A DNA stretch of 64,000 nt from Octopus sinensis (taxonomy: Eukaryota), in the NCBI RefSeq assembly GCF_006345805.1, contig NW_021825821.1, positions 496,001 through 560,000 on the forward strand. The letters are read 5' to 3'. The translations under genes were made by a program, and so were the position numbers. This document shows positions 13,246-26,034 of this stretch, in pieces (the first letter of the stretch is position 1; each line of letters begins with the position of its first letter). The notes below the pieces were generated by a model that saw only the letters and a program-made list of their open reading frames with translations, had not been told where the DNA came from and ran no database searches.

Positions 13246-14909
13246 TCAAAAATATGTCTTTGGCTCAACGACAGTGCCTCCTCTAACAATCTTTCCCCAT
13301 CCAATCAGTCTTAACTAACAAATATCCACCAAACCTCCAGTGACTTTCAATCCTACGACTGAGAGCAACCCTTTGCCCCACAGATGTGCTCACAGGGTTG
13401 GTTAGTTGAATTTCACTCTTCGAGTCCACCACACTCATGACCTTCCCGCCTGTAGAAAGTGACCCAATGTTCAAAAAAAGCAACTCCCCAGGCTTCAAAT
13501 CAGCCACCTACCACCCTCATTACACAGACAAACACGAGCCGGCCTTCTGTTTCCTTCAGTCTTCACTCCCACGAGACGTCTCAACAGGAAAAATGAAATT
13601 CGGAGGGCGATGTGAATCGGTGGAAGGGTCCCCACCGCTCCAAGCAAATTACCAACAAGATTATCCCCAATGCACAACGAGGGGTCAATACTCAGTCCCA
13701 CTCCTTCCAAAAATAAGAAATACGACAGAAACCGATAAGTCCTCCGGGAATTGACATTTCTAATGAATTTTGTTCTGCAAAAAGGGAGATTATTGTGGAA
13801 ATGACAGGAATGACCATTTTCTGTCCGTTCTCGTTGGTCACGACCCGTCCAGGACTGATCTCCACTTTCTGTCCAATCTGGAATACACTCACAACATCCC
13901 CACTCGTAGAATCCCATGAGTCAGACTCCCCCCGACCACTCCTCCCTTAAGTTTCTCGATCGGACAACCCGGCTTGTTTATGTCAAATGACCGAATAACT
14001 AAACCAAATTGAGACACCACGACTTATCATTTGAGGCGGGGATATAAAATCTCGTTCGGGAATTTTAATGTCTTCCACAATGTGTTGAAGAATCAAATCA
14101 ATGTTGTATCGAAGTTGTGCAGACACGGGGACTACTGGAGCATTTTCTGCACGTGTCCCTGTTAAGTAGTGACCAGAATCCGACCCTGTACAAAATTCTT
14201 GATATCTCTGTGCATTTCTTTGGCCTGTTCCCTTCCCACCAAGTCGATTTTATTCTGGACGATGAGTATTTCACTTAATTGCATAATGTCAATGGCAGCT
14301 ACGTGCTCATTTGTTTGAGGCTGTGGACATGACTCGTTGGCCGCTAATCATTTGATCAGACTTTCCAACCGCAGAGGAGAAACGCAGCGTCCATCACAGC
14401 TGCACCGTTAAGCATAGTGGCCATCAGAATGTCGTGTCCGGGACAGTCGACAAAGGAAACATGACGTTTCAAGACAAAAGTGCCATCACATCCCTCCCGG
14501 TCGCATTTAAACGATTCCGGTCCGTCACTGCCCGTTGATTTATAACATTCTGGTCGAGGGTGAGAGGCTGAATTGCACTTGTAGACCTACAATGGTATTT
14601 TATCCTCGGACCTTGGCATTTGCATATCCCAGCTTAATGGTCGTATCTCTCACACATTCTGATCGAAATCGAATAGTCTGAATTGGTTAATATTCGTTGT
14701 TTCACCTGTACTCCTGAAATAGATTTCACCAGGGTGGTCTTTCCGTGTGCCACATGACCGATCGTCCCTAAAAATTCATACCTTATTGGTACCAATGTTG
14801 ATGGTCGCTTGAGACTTGATTATATTGTGTGACAATGGTGATATAGTGCTCTATAAATTCAAATAATCCGTTCATTAAATACTAAATTTTCAGGGCAACC
14901 AGAACTCAT
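13246..14909 (-). CDS. EIF2S3: Translation initiation factor eIF2 gamma, divergent
   Basis: [80 protein letters not shown]; 11 introns of 25-32 nt yield an open frame. Confidence 0.96.
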
Positions 14910-15212
14910 CGTGGAGTAGTATTAAATATTTTTAGAAAAATTAATATTAAAACAACAAGTTATTTTTAGTTTATGTTTTCGGACTAGGGAGGAGCACCGG
15001 GCAAAGATGAAGACCCTTCTCTGAGAAGCCGCGATCATCTGATTGATTAGTTCTATGTTTTGGACGGTGATCTTGGTTTTAATAATAACTTTTTGAACGA
15101 GTTGAAGAATTTGAACCACATGCTTCTCCTTTCCCTTCTTTGAAAGCTGTCAGTGTAAACTTCCACTTTGCTTTAACCAGGACTCATCGTGAAGTAGTAT
15201 TAAATATATTTA
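14897..15212 (-). repeat. 38-bp duplication of the eIF2-gamma start context, 278 bp upstream
   Basis: aaccagaactcatcgtggagtagtattaaatattttta (14897-14934) vs aaccaggactcatcgtgaagtagtattaaatatattta (15175-15212), 35/38 identical. Confidence 0.85.
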
Positions 15213-15638
15213 AATAAATAGTATGGAACAGATTTGGGTTGTTTATACAATTTGGTTGCACATTTTCTCATCAATAACAGTTTCTGCAGATTTAAAAGGT
15301 GCCATACTTCCCTTACAAACTTAAGTCTGCAGGTCTTGATAGTGATTATTGCAAATACAGGACGGAAACGAGACTCTCCTATTCAGCTCTAGTTTTTTTG
15401 AACTGATATGGGGCGTGTTTTGATTTTTAAAGTTTGTCCAATTCGCGTGTAGGGATGACAGCTACAAGCTAAATTTGAGCACAATTTAATGTTTTGTTTA
15501 TGCTTAAAGTTCATAGTCATAACATTTGTTTGATCAAAAAACACTAATTCTAATTTTTGAATTTTTTTTATTTTTGAATATTTTGGAAAATATAATAGGC
15601 AAGGATATTATTTCCATGGGAATAATATAATTCATAAA

Positions 15639-18164
15639 ATGAATCATTCCAGCTATACTCTTAAACTCAATGAAACTTCACTAAAGAAAGAACGATGTTA
15701 TGATTTTATATATGGCTGGATATTGTCATTAAGTATTAATAGATCCCATTTCCACTTTTTCTTCCAAAAGAGACTATGATCGTAAACTTTATCGAAGCAG
15801 AGTTGAAAAACAGACAATTGTAATTACTTTGTTATGGAATTACTAGTATCCGGCGCCAATATTTACCAATATGTTTAGCGAATTGGTTCATTATCCAAAA
15901 ATGGAATATCTAACAAACGAAAAAAACACTTTTCCTGTACAAAAAGCCAAGGCCATCGACGGACACAATCAGTTGAAATTTTTGTATAATTTTCATAGGA
16001 AAATCACTGATCAAATTGTTTTTGATAATACTGTCCCTGAGGGCAAAGATAGATCCAAATTTTTCAAAAGGTCTCAAAAATGTTGATAAAATAGGCCGCT
16101 GGTTCCCGCCTATCCCTCCGCTCCTATGATAATCGATTCTATGTATTCTTCCATAGCCAGAGACAAGTAAAAAATTACAAGATATATGTGTTAGTGAAAA
16201 AATATCAACCCAGGAACAAAATTATAATGTTTTTGTGCAAACAGATTACCGCGAAAATGATGCTCAAACAGATCCTTACACTCCTGATTTTATTTTCAAC
16301 GATTCAGGAACTAAACCAGAAATAATAAGTCTTATCCATCTAAAACACGGTTTGACAATCTATTTGTTACGACAGGACATGGCCTTCCAGCCGGATTGAT
16401 GGAAATCGAAGCAATTGAAAGAGCCCGAGAAAGAAAAGAGTGGGAAAACTCACTGCCTCCACTGAGTAACGTCAAACTTCACAAAAAGCGCATGAAAATA
16501 ATGGAGGAAATGGAAGAAAATGATTATCAATATAGAGACACAGAAATAGAAAAGTAATTAATTTTGTAACATTTTAGATTTCATAAGAGAAAGTTTGAGG
16601 CATTTGTAGACTGTTTAAATAAACGAGTGTTGAGAAGAGAGGAGCAGAAAAAAGAAATGATTAATAAAATTTGGTTTATATTTAACATTCATGTTATAAA
16701 AAGGTTGGACAAACAAACCCAAAAGAAAAGAATTGTCGAAAAATTAAACATTAAATATTTGAGAGGTTGTCCTATTCGTTAATTCGAAAGATGTCCGAAA
16801 GATTCAAAATGTCCAATTTGACGATCAGAAAGCAGACATAATCGAGAAATATGCCAACCTCGGATCTACAGTATTCGCCCCGTTGACAAGATTGGGAGTA
16901 TTCCCTGATGCGAATAATAATAAACATCTTGAAATGGATGAATATTATAAATCCATAAAAAGTATAGTTTTATTAGATGTAGATCTAAATGAACTGGAAC
17001 AAAAATTGACTGAATATAAAATGAAACAATTTTCACAAAGTGACATGTTTACGTCAAAAGGATTCCTCAAACGTAAATACAGAGAAAGGCAAGAATTGGA
17101 TGACATATATAACGTAACAACTGACTACTTAGTAACAGGCTTTGAAAAATACATCCAGAAAAAAGAGCCGTCAATCCGAACTGAGGATGCTAATTAAAAT
17201 TCAAAAAGAACCAGAAAGACCTGTCACTCCAGTTGCTGAAAGTAAAGAAGAGGTTTTTTAGTGAGCTTACTAAGAAAAAGGTTGAGGAATTGACAGACGA
17301 GTTGTCACTTATTATTACAAAGACACTAAGAGGAAAGTTATATCAGAATGAGGTGCAATTTATATTTGAAACTACAGTTTTTGAATGACAAGTGTTCACA
17401 CTGGGAACTCCTTAAAGAAATAAAAAGCACCACTGGAATATCTAAAGAGGCTATCCAAGAGAATAATAACAATTTGAAGAAAACATTAGAACTTCAAAGA
17501 AACAGAGATACAGAAACTGTCACAGTACCTTAAATATAAGCTATTATAAGGAAAACAAATCAACTGGAATTGTCAAAGAACTTGAAGGAACAATAATTGG
17601 AGAAACTGCAGACTACTTGGGCAAAGAGCTAATAAGACTCCAGGATGAACAAAGAATTAAGGAATATGTCAACATTGCGGAAGACGAGAGACTAAAAAGA
17701 GAAGCAGAAGAGGCAGGAAATCGGCAGATCGAGGAACGACGAAGAGTTGAAGAGGAAGATATCTTTAAGCAGGCTTTTAAGCGTCAAATTGATGAAATTT
17801 AGATTATTTACGTTCATCAGCAAACTGCTTCACAATATTTAGATGATATTTTGGAAGAGACCATCGACAAACTCTCGAATCAAAAATCTGTTGAATATGT
17901 CGAAAATTTGTCTCAAATAATTGACAGGAAAGCCCACAGTTCTGAAATAACGTATATTTATAGAAACGTTATTTACTAGGAGAGATGAGGAAATTAGTCA
18001 AGAAATTGTTGCAAAAATGGTTCATGAGTTCCTTTTCCCGGAAGTCCAAAAATTCTGCGTGAGAATAGACAGTAAAAATAGCTCATTATTTAATAGACGA
18101 AAATAATGAAAATAAATATTTAAATACTTCGAAAAATACGATAGAAGACTTTGACCAACATTAA
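15639..18164 (+). CDS. CFAP91: Cilia- and flagella-associated protein 91 (MAATS1), multi-exon
   Basis: RCYDFIYDPIS..MFSELVHYP..QTDYRENDAQTDPYTPD..GLPAGLMEIE..APLTRLGVFPD..KELIRLQDEQRI..EIVAKMVHEFLFPEVQK; many 25-30 nt introns; not every junction resolved. Confidence 0.88.
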
Positions 18165-19499
18165 TCAGCAGTTAAGAAAATAAGAAAAAACTAATCTAAC
18201 TAACTAATTTTGATAAAATCTTGAATAATATTTCTATTGAAATTAAAATTATTTATAAATTTTTAAAAAGCTCAGTTCTATTAAAAGTTTGTAAGATATT
18301 CGTATTTCCCGTCTTTTCTCCAGTCTAAAATGAGTCCAAACATAAAAAAAGAATTGATATAAAATGAAGTCATAAATTTCGACAAAAATCAGTCTTTGTC
18401 TGTTAAAAATTCAGAATAGTTGTAAGTTATGTGTCTGTTAGACTCTATATTTTTGGTATTAATTTGTAAAATCCACAACTACGAATACTAGAATTTTTTG
18501 TTATCATATTTTTCATCTTTTATCTTCAAACTCTAAAGACCTTAGAACAAGAAATTAATAACAAGAGACACATAGAACCCAATGGATTCAATCACAAAAT
18601 TTAAATCACTACCCAAATCGGTTATCCTAAAAAATTTTATTTCTTGGATCGAAATGAACGAGCTCAGAAAATGCGTGGAAGAAAAAGTTGGAAAGGTATT
18701 CTTAGATTTGAACTAGTCATTTGATAAAAACAGAAGTAATTAAAATAACTTTGATAAATGACCGCTCTATGAGATGACGGGTTCTAGAGTTGGTTGCTTT
18801 GACCAGGATAATTCAGATGGATGTTTTAATAATGAAGAAGGGGCAATTCAAACTCGATAAATATAATTCCGTTGACGCTTATTGGAAGTTTGGTTCAATT
18901 ACTGGTAGAAGAGGCAATTCAAACTCAATGGATATAATTCAGTTGATACTTATTAAAAGCTTGGTTCAATTACTGGCACTTTAATATACTAAAAAATAAA
19001 TTTGAATACGAAAATGACTTGTGATTTATCCAAGGCGGCAATTGGAAAAAAGTTGTGGTTTAAAAACTTTTTTTTGTAGAGAGTTCTTTATTCGTGTTGG
19101 GACTTTATTCTCGAAGAAGGTGCAAATTAAAAAATGAGTCCAAAAAGGCTCGTTTTCAACTTTCTCTTCTTTAACTGTATAGTGAGCGAGGTACCAAAAG
19201 CGGTCTACCTTAACACTCAAATACAAAATGTTGATTCGGTATTCCAACATAGATGAATCAATGCAATGGATAAAAGTAAAAGTTCATATTTTGAGAATTA
19301 AAGAATAGTGACAGAATAATGCCCTGACTCTGTCAAGAAAAAATGCACTAGGAGTTTTAAATACATTTTTTAAAGACATTTTAAATCGCAAAAAACATAA
19401 AAAATTGAATAAATATGCATATACACGTGAAATTATGTTCTCCGAGAATTGTATCTTGAAGTCTCTATTAATAGAAATGGGTTTTCAAAAATCAAACCA

Positions 19500-19870
19500 A
19501 ATCCCAAAGAAAGCTGCATCAGTTTTTAATTCCATGCTTTGTTTTCATTTGTCACCAGAGACATATTTTTTTATTTAACAAACATTAAACCATTTTTGAT
19601 ATATGGCTATCAAAAATGGTCGGCAACACCGGAAGAGACAAACCTTATATCACAGTTAGAAAAGTCGAGGGAATATGCAATCAAACTTGCATATGGATTT
19701 AATAAAAAATCTAAAACTGACGACAAATATGCAAGAAACACAAAAGCAATCAGTAGCGTGCATATAATCGAGGCTTAAAAAAGAGGCATCGTGTGTCTTA
19801 TAATGTCTCATAAGAACGGAACCCTCTTTGTTTTTTTGTTTTTGATTTTCGGATTTTTGCAAATAAAATA
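19500..19870 (+). mobile_element. LINE 3' remnant (post-RT C-terminus and 3' UTR)
   Basis: IKPFLIYGYQKW..LEKSREYAIKLAYG resembles the C-termini of the LINEs at 6022 and 35002; T-rich UTR and AATAAA follow. Confidence 0.6.
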
Positions 19871-20388
19871 TATCTATGAACATATTTCTTTAAAACAAGT
19901 AATTTGAGTTTAAAAGAAATCTTAAAAATTTTAATATTATCAGTGTTTTGATTATCAGTGTTCGACTCTACATATCACTAAAAACCAACTTCAAAAAGTT
20001 TGGTTGATTTAAAATCAACTTACGTGATATATCTAGAATTTTCGAATCTCGCTTTCATTCAAATTAAAATTCTTTTGAACGTAAGCGAGCTTATAATCCC
20101 TTTATTATGCTTCTCTGTTTCTTACTTTTTTGAAGATCATTGAAGCTTATTTAAATTCCGATAAGTCATAATTTAAGGTTATTGCAAGCATCTTTTAATT
20201 TTTTGATAATGCGTAGAGAAGCTAATCTTTTTTTGTACTTATAGGTCTCGTCACTTTGCAAAATATTCTTCCTTATAAATTGTAAGTGTGTATGAGATGC
20301 TAATATTTATAAATTACTTGTCAAATATTTATTTTCTGAATTGAGCTGTTTAAGATGAATTAATTATGTAAATTCTATCTTAAATTAT

Positions 20389-21110
20389 TTAAGAATCCAG
20401 ATCGTCAGTGATTTCTCTTCTTCGCTTGGAAGAAGAGTTTGCAACAAAATTCTTATCATTTTTCATTTTTGCGTCAAAGTAATTGTTTAGCTGAGTGTCC
20501 TCACGACATGCCAGCTCCGCAAGTTGATTGACGGCAGAGGCGTACTCCTCGTTTTCTACCTTCATCCCATGTCTGTGCTCGATAAGCATACTCTCCAGCG
20601 TCCTTCAGCATAACCGACTGGATGTTTGTACAAGTTTTATCTTCAATGGATAACTTGTCCATATGACTTTTAAAGAACTTTGAGACAACTCCATCTCATG
20701 TCAAGACAATTGGAATAATCTTCACTTTTGCTTCATAGAGAACCAACAGTTCGTTTGCAAGGAGGTCGTATTTGTGAAATTTCTCCACTTCAACTTGCTT
20801 TAAACGGTCTTGCGAGGTAACTCCCACTTCGATTAAATGAATTTCTCTTAATTATCTGTCAAATATACATTTAAATAAATAATATAAAAGAAAATGAGTG
20901 TTTCAGTAAATGTGGTTCCCATAAATGGCGTCTGACACTGCCATGCTTGTGAATAGATTTATTTTTGCTAATTTATAATGTCCATGAAGACTTGGAAAAA
21001 CATCAAACTTTACTCACTCTTGGTGCAGCGGTGATTAATCTTACCCCAGAAAGTTTTTAGCAATAAGGTTAGGCTAAAATATAATAGATCAATGAAAAAA
21101 GATATTCTTG
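20389..21110 (-). mobile_element. R4/Dong-like RLE retrotransposon, 3' fragment
   Basis: HLIEVGVTSQDRLKQVEVEKFHKYDLLANEL..IIPIVLT, homologous to 43100-43400. Confidence 0.8.
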
Positions 21111-21315
21111 CGTCACTTCATTAATGGTTTTTATTAGGCTCTGGTCCGCTGACTTTAGAAATATAAAGCTCCAAAAAATAAAATTTTTTAATGCTTAAAA
21201 ATAATTAATTTACGACTAATGTTTCAGAGCATCGACCAATGTTTAGATAATAAGATAAAAAAATAAAAAGATTCAAAAACATAAAAAAACCACATCTGAG
21301 ATAATAAAAATAAAA

Positions 21316-22115
21316 TTAGAGGCATAAACTATCGAGGACAGAATTGAAACGATCGATCGAAAAGAACGAATATAAGAGCATAACCTCTTTTCTCGTATCA
21401 GTACATTTATACTCGCACATCTAAGTAATCAACGCGCATAAATTACCTTAATAAAGCACTTTTCACCATCAAATACTTCAAAATCGTCATCTAAATATAC
21501 TAATACTACAAACCTGCTATTTTACTGATAAACACAACAACATCAAAATTGTTGTCTCCCATCAAATCCGTCTTTAAACTCTCAAAAGCCTGGCCTGTAA
21601 GGGCTTTGGGCATTCTCATAAGACCAGAAGTAAAAAACAAGGCGACTTTTTTGCCCGAAATAAAGTCAAAATGTTTTTCCTGACTTATAACTGATTCAAG
21701 TGAGTCCTTTAAGGATTGTGCTCTTAAATCCTTAAAATAATGTATATATATTTACATTGTAATCTAACATGCACATAAAACAAAATATAATCTGGTCCTC
21801 TCCTTCAGACCCTTCTTCCTGAAATCATTATTTAAAATTCGGAGACTTTGAGACAAAATCCATAAGGAGACTGGGAGACGAGAGAGGACAGTTGCGGTAA
21901 GTCGAATACATTTGGGTTGTACATCTTGGATTATATTCAGTGGGTTACTTCTGCAAGGAGAACCTCGATGAGTGGCTGGTCCGATTCACTGAAGGGAAAT
22001 GCTTCAAAATCCATGTCAATCACCTCTTCATAATTTATAATGAAAAATCAACTTCTGAAGTCGTAGATATACTTATGGGATCAATTACACGCTGACGTTT
22101 TCTGTCGCTCGACAT
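21316..22115 (-). CDS. BCCIP: BCCIP/Bcp1-like protein
   Basis: Spliced EVIDMDFEAFPFSESDQPLIEVLLAE..GFCLKEEGSEGEDQIIFCFMCMLDYN..VALFFTSGLMRMPKAL..FDVVVFISK follows the BCCIP motif order; 24-29 nt introns; recognised by eye. Confidence 0.7.
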
Positions 22116-22572
22116 GAAACAACTGTAAAATAACGTGCCTAAATATTTAAAAAATTATAATTGTTTCAACATTAGTTAAAGTAATTCAAATAAAATACCA
22201 AATAATTTGAGATCTAAAATTCTTATTTTTCATAAAATAAGATTTAAGGATCTCCCTCGGTTTAATCAGGGATCACGAGAATTATAATTAACTGGCTTAC
22301 CCTGGTCCTTTGGTCAATAAAGTATTTTAGACTATAAAAAGCTTTATATATTTATTGATTTTCTTAATTGTTAGTATATAATGAGTTTGCACGTGTATTA
22401 TAAATAATCCAATTTTCATTATCGATGTAGTGACTAAACACCAAAATGATAGGCAGTAAAAACACCAAAATGCTAAAATATAAAAATAAACCAAAATTAA
22501 ATTAATTTTAAAATTACATCAAGAAATTATATTATCACTTTGTAAAACTTGCTAAATTAACAAGCACTTGAA

Positions 22573-23242
22573 TTACATGATATAGGAAAGCTGGGAACTC
22601 AAATCTTGAATCACAAAAATAACCCAAAAGCAATCTAAATAACCAACCCAACCAAACCAGATATCGATACTCCATTTCTCAAACAAATCCTCACTCGACT
22701 GCAGAAATTTCCTATCACAGGCATAAACTTAAAGACGAATTTCCCCTCCAATGAACACCCCACTTGAATGACTGGAATACTCACGTCAGACACAATCTCG
22801 ATCTTGGCTCCATCCACGAACTCAAACCGTGTCCCTTCCGGCAAAGGATTGTTTCCTTAACTATCAGATCTGGCCGACTTACCAATGTTTTTGATGACCA
22901 AATATTTTTCGAAGGAGAGAAGACTGGTCGGGGGCCATGTAGCGAAATCAACAGTGGAGACGATAGGCTGGTCAGGGAATGGGTCAACCACCTCTAAACG
23001 AGGGATCCTCAGGGAATCGGACCAAAAATCGTAGTAAATTCCAATGGCATTTTGAACAGAACTGGGTAGGTAGAGAGGGGGGTGTACCCGTCGGACATTT
23101 CCAGCAGGGAGAGTGACTGTTCGATGGATATGGCATGATTGGTTAGTTCTTTCAGTTGTTCTGCCTTGGTCTCTGGTCTAACCACGTCCAGTTCTCTCAT
23201 TTTCTTTATTAAAAGTTCGTCTATGTCATCTTGATCCATCAC
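22573..23242 (-). CDS. ILRUN: ILRUN (C6orf106)-like, UBA-like plus FW domain
   Basis: Three introns (26, 27, 23 nt) give MMDQDDIDELLIKK..LEMSDGSVQNAIGIYYDF..FEKYLVIKNIGNNPLPEGTRFEFVDG..SISDCFWVIFVI..SQLS, parallel to LDMTNWNLQAAIGAYYDF..KTWRIQNSG..GDVIWVILSV. Confidence 0.8.
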
Positions 23243-23581
23243 AAATTCAACAAGGCAGTTTGTTATTAAATTATTTATTTAAATAAATAGTAGTGAATTA
23301 AGTTTTAAATAAATAATATTATTAACAAAAAATATCGACAGGATATCTCCCAGTTCGGAAGTCGTTTAGACTCTGAGCCTTAAGGAATAAAATTAAATTT
23401 ATTTATTAAATAGTTTAAGAATATAAAAAGTGATGTGGTGGCATTTTCGGATCAAATTTAGTCACGTGTTTATGACTTTTGCTAGAACGTGTTAGTCTAC
23501 AAGAAATCAAATGGCCACGTCGCATAGTTAAGTTTAATAGTTTTTTAATTCAAAAAATTTTATTGCTAATTAATTAATATA

Positions 23582-24951
23582 TTAATACCATTTTCTTAAA
23601 TGACTCTAAAAATAATTCTAATATATTTACCCTATGTTTACTAGAACGAACAAAATCAATCTTATCCTCTTTAAATTTATCATCCTCGCAGGGATTCCTA
23701 ACATAAAAAAATGTTGTAACCTCAAACTATTTGCTTGAGAGTCATTCGATAGAGGAAAGAAACTTTTTATGGCCATCTCCCAGACTTCACTATTATTAGC
23801 AGCAGTCAATGCAGACATATGCTTCTCGGGAATTATTGGACCACCTATTTCAATATTTAGAAAAATTATATAAAAATAGACTATTTATGAAAAAATATTA
23901 ATTACTAAATTAATAAAATTACCTATTTCTTCAAAACTATCGCCGCCGAAATCAATCATAATTGACGAGTTTGGATCCTTACACATTTCTCCACTAAAAA
24001 TTAAAAGAATATAAAACCAAAAATGTCCATAAAAAATTAAATTTTTGAGTTGCAATCTCACATTTGAAGACATTTTTTCTGATGTGTTGTCGTTATACTA
24101 TTGAAATACATATAAATATATACAATAAGTGCAAGTCCGTGGGAATGAGCGAGATACCGAAGGGTTTTTCCAATTATTTTTGAAGTCATCGTATCATTCG
24201 ACTACAAAAAAGCAACTCAAAAAACCTTAAAAACGTCATATTTATTAGCAACAATAACTCCTGGTAAATATAATAAATTCATTTGGTCGATATCCTAAAG
24301 TTTTATACATTTAATATTTCTTTACTTTATTTTTGGTCCCCACTCTTGTTTTGGCCTTTTCGAGAAGATTGGATTTAAGTTTGGGATTATTTTTGACGGA
24401 TTCTTCAATCATTAAATTAATTTTTTCAATTGAACTTTTCAAAGTTTCCCAAATCTCTCCAAGTTTGCTCAAATCAACCAAAAATACAAAAATCGACGAA
24501 CTTTAATATTAAAAACATGCCAACTTTAGTCGACTCAAAGTAAGCATGGATTCAAGGAGAGACAACAATTTCAATCCACTTCCAACCTCCCAAATATGAA
24601 GAGTCCACTCTTCCTGTAAGTTTTATCGTTTTTTGACGATTACCAGGGAATCGGGTTTCCTTGATTTTATGTAGTTGTAGTCGAGCACGATAGATGATTT
24701 TGTGGTGATTTCTCTATTTTTAAGTTAAGAAAAGTACTTTCCAAATATTTTTTGGATTATTGTGCTTTTTCCCTAAAATATGTTAAATCTGATTTTACTG
24801 ATTCGACTGAACCTGTCACAAATAGTGAACATTCCTTCGGGTTTGGAACTGGGGTTTAAAATTAGACACTAACCGTCAGTTTTTGAATTATTTTGGGATA
24901 GTAAATTCCATACTGTTTGAACCCTTAACACATATAAATTATTTAATACAT
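23582..24951 (-). CDS. DYNC2LI1: Cytoplasmic dynein-2 light intermediate chain 1
   Basis: TGSVESGKST P-loop, HIWEVGSG, FLVDLSK, VIVANKYDVFK, GKTLRYLAH, DSFEEIG, NPCEDDKF; about 11 introns, one about 78 nt; last exon uncertain. Confidence 0.87.
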
Positions 24952-24994
24952 CTTTATCGTTGCTTAGGAATAATAATTATTTTTTGGGACGGTA

Positions 24995-25240
24995 TTGTGT
25001 CTTTTATTGGCTAAAGTAGTGACGTCCTTTTTTACACAAATTTGTTTCTCACACTCACTATTTTATGACCTAGGACTTAATTCCATGTATAAAAAACTTC
25101 AACTCGCAAAAGATCTGAAACCTCACAAGATTTCCATTTGTTGCTTGCAAGAGACGAAAATAACAGAACGTGGAAGCTCTAAAATAGCAAATTACACGCT
25201 TATTATCCCCTCACTACAGCCTAGAATTTATAATTTATAA
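24995..25240 (+). mobile_element. APE endonuclease fragment of a LINE
   Basis: LAKDLKPHKISICCLQETK motif, no continuation. Confidence 0.6.
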
Positions 25241-25346
25241 TCGAATTTTTCAAAAGAATCCACTGTGTCATATTCTTATATGTTTACAGAGAATGGAATA
25301 GTTTTTTATAATCCTAAATTTTTATTATTAAGATAAGCGAAAAGAG

Positions 25347-25742
25347 TTAAAATGCGCAGCGGATCGACTGGTAATTTCCGCGCATGATGGCCAATGAGAT
25401 CCTTTGAAAGAGTCTGATCGACTCGTTGGGATCTTTCGTGGCAACCACGAGCTTAGATCCAAGGCGGCGGAGAAACGATAGCGTCTGCGGGCCGATGACT
25501 CCAGAGGTTTCCACCGCGACTGCAGTGAATTGGTGATCCTTTGCCAGGACCCGGTACTTCTTATGTTTTGTTAGTTCCGCCTGCTTTGCAACTGAGCCCG
25601 GTTCCGCAGCGGAGGCAATTAGATTCTTGGCGGAGAAAGTGTCGGAACAGGTGGCGTCCCAGATAAGGCATTTCCCCTTTTCAAACGGGAAGATTGACAT
25701 GCCATCCGGGCGCTTACCGTCGCCTCTGTCGAATTTTTTATT
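25347..25742 (-). mobile_element. CRE-like element, 3' fragment
   Basis: DRGDGKRPDG..IWDATCSD..AVETSG..FQRISLAIMRGN. Confidence 0.9.
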
Positions 25743-25930
25743 GTTCAAGAAAAACCAAAATCCAAAAAACAAGGAAAGATCATTAACGTGAAGATAAAAA
25801 ACGAGGCATCGAAGTGTCTCTTTCTATGCTAACTCAATTTATAATTACTTAACATAACTTTTCTACAAGACTATTCAGATCGTGGCGATTTTTTAATTAT
25901 TTTCTTACGAAAACGTGAAAAATTTTTTGT

Positions 25931-25971
25931 GGCGGATTCGAGAGGTAGTAGATTCGAGAGAGTTTACAGTA
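25931..25971. mobile_element. Orphan right end related to the pogo element at 48722-50659
   Basis: GGCGGATTCGAGAGG and GATTCGAGAGAGTTTACAG followed by TA resemble its TIR/subterminal units; no partner end found. Confidence 0.5.
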
Positions 25972-26034
25972 TTCACGAAATTAAAAAACAATAAGAAAAT
26001 AATATTTAAAAGTCAGTCAAAAATAAATAATTAA

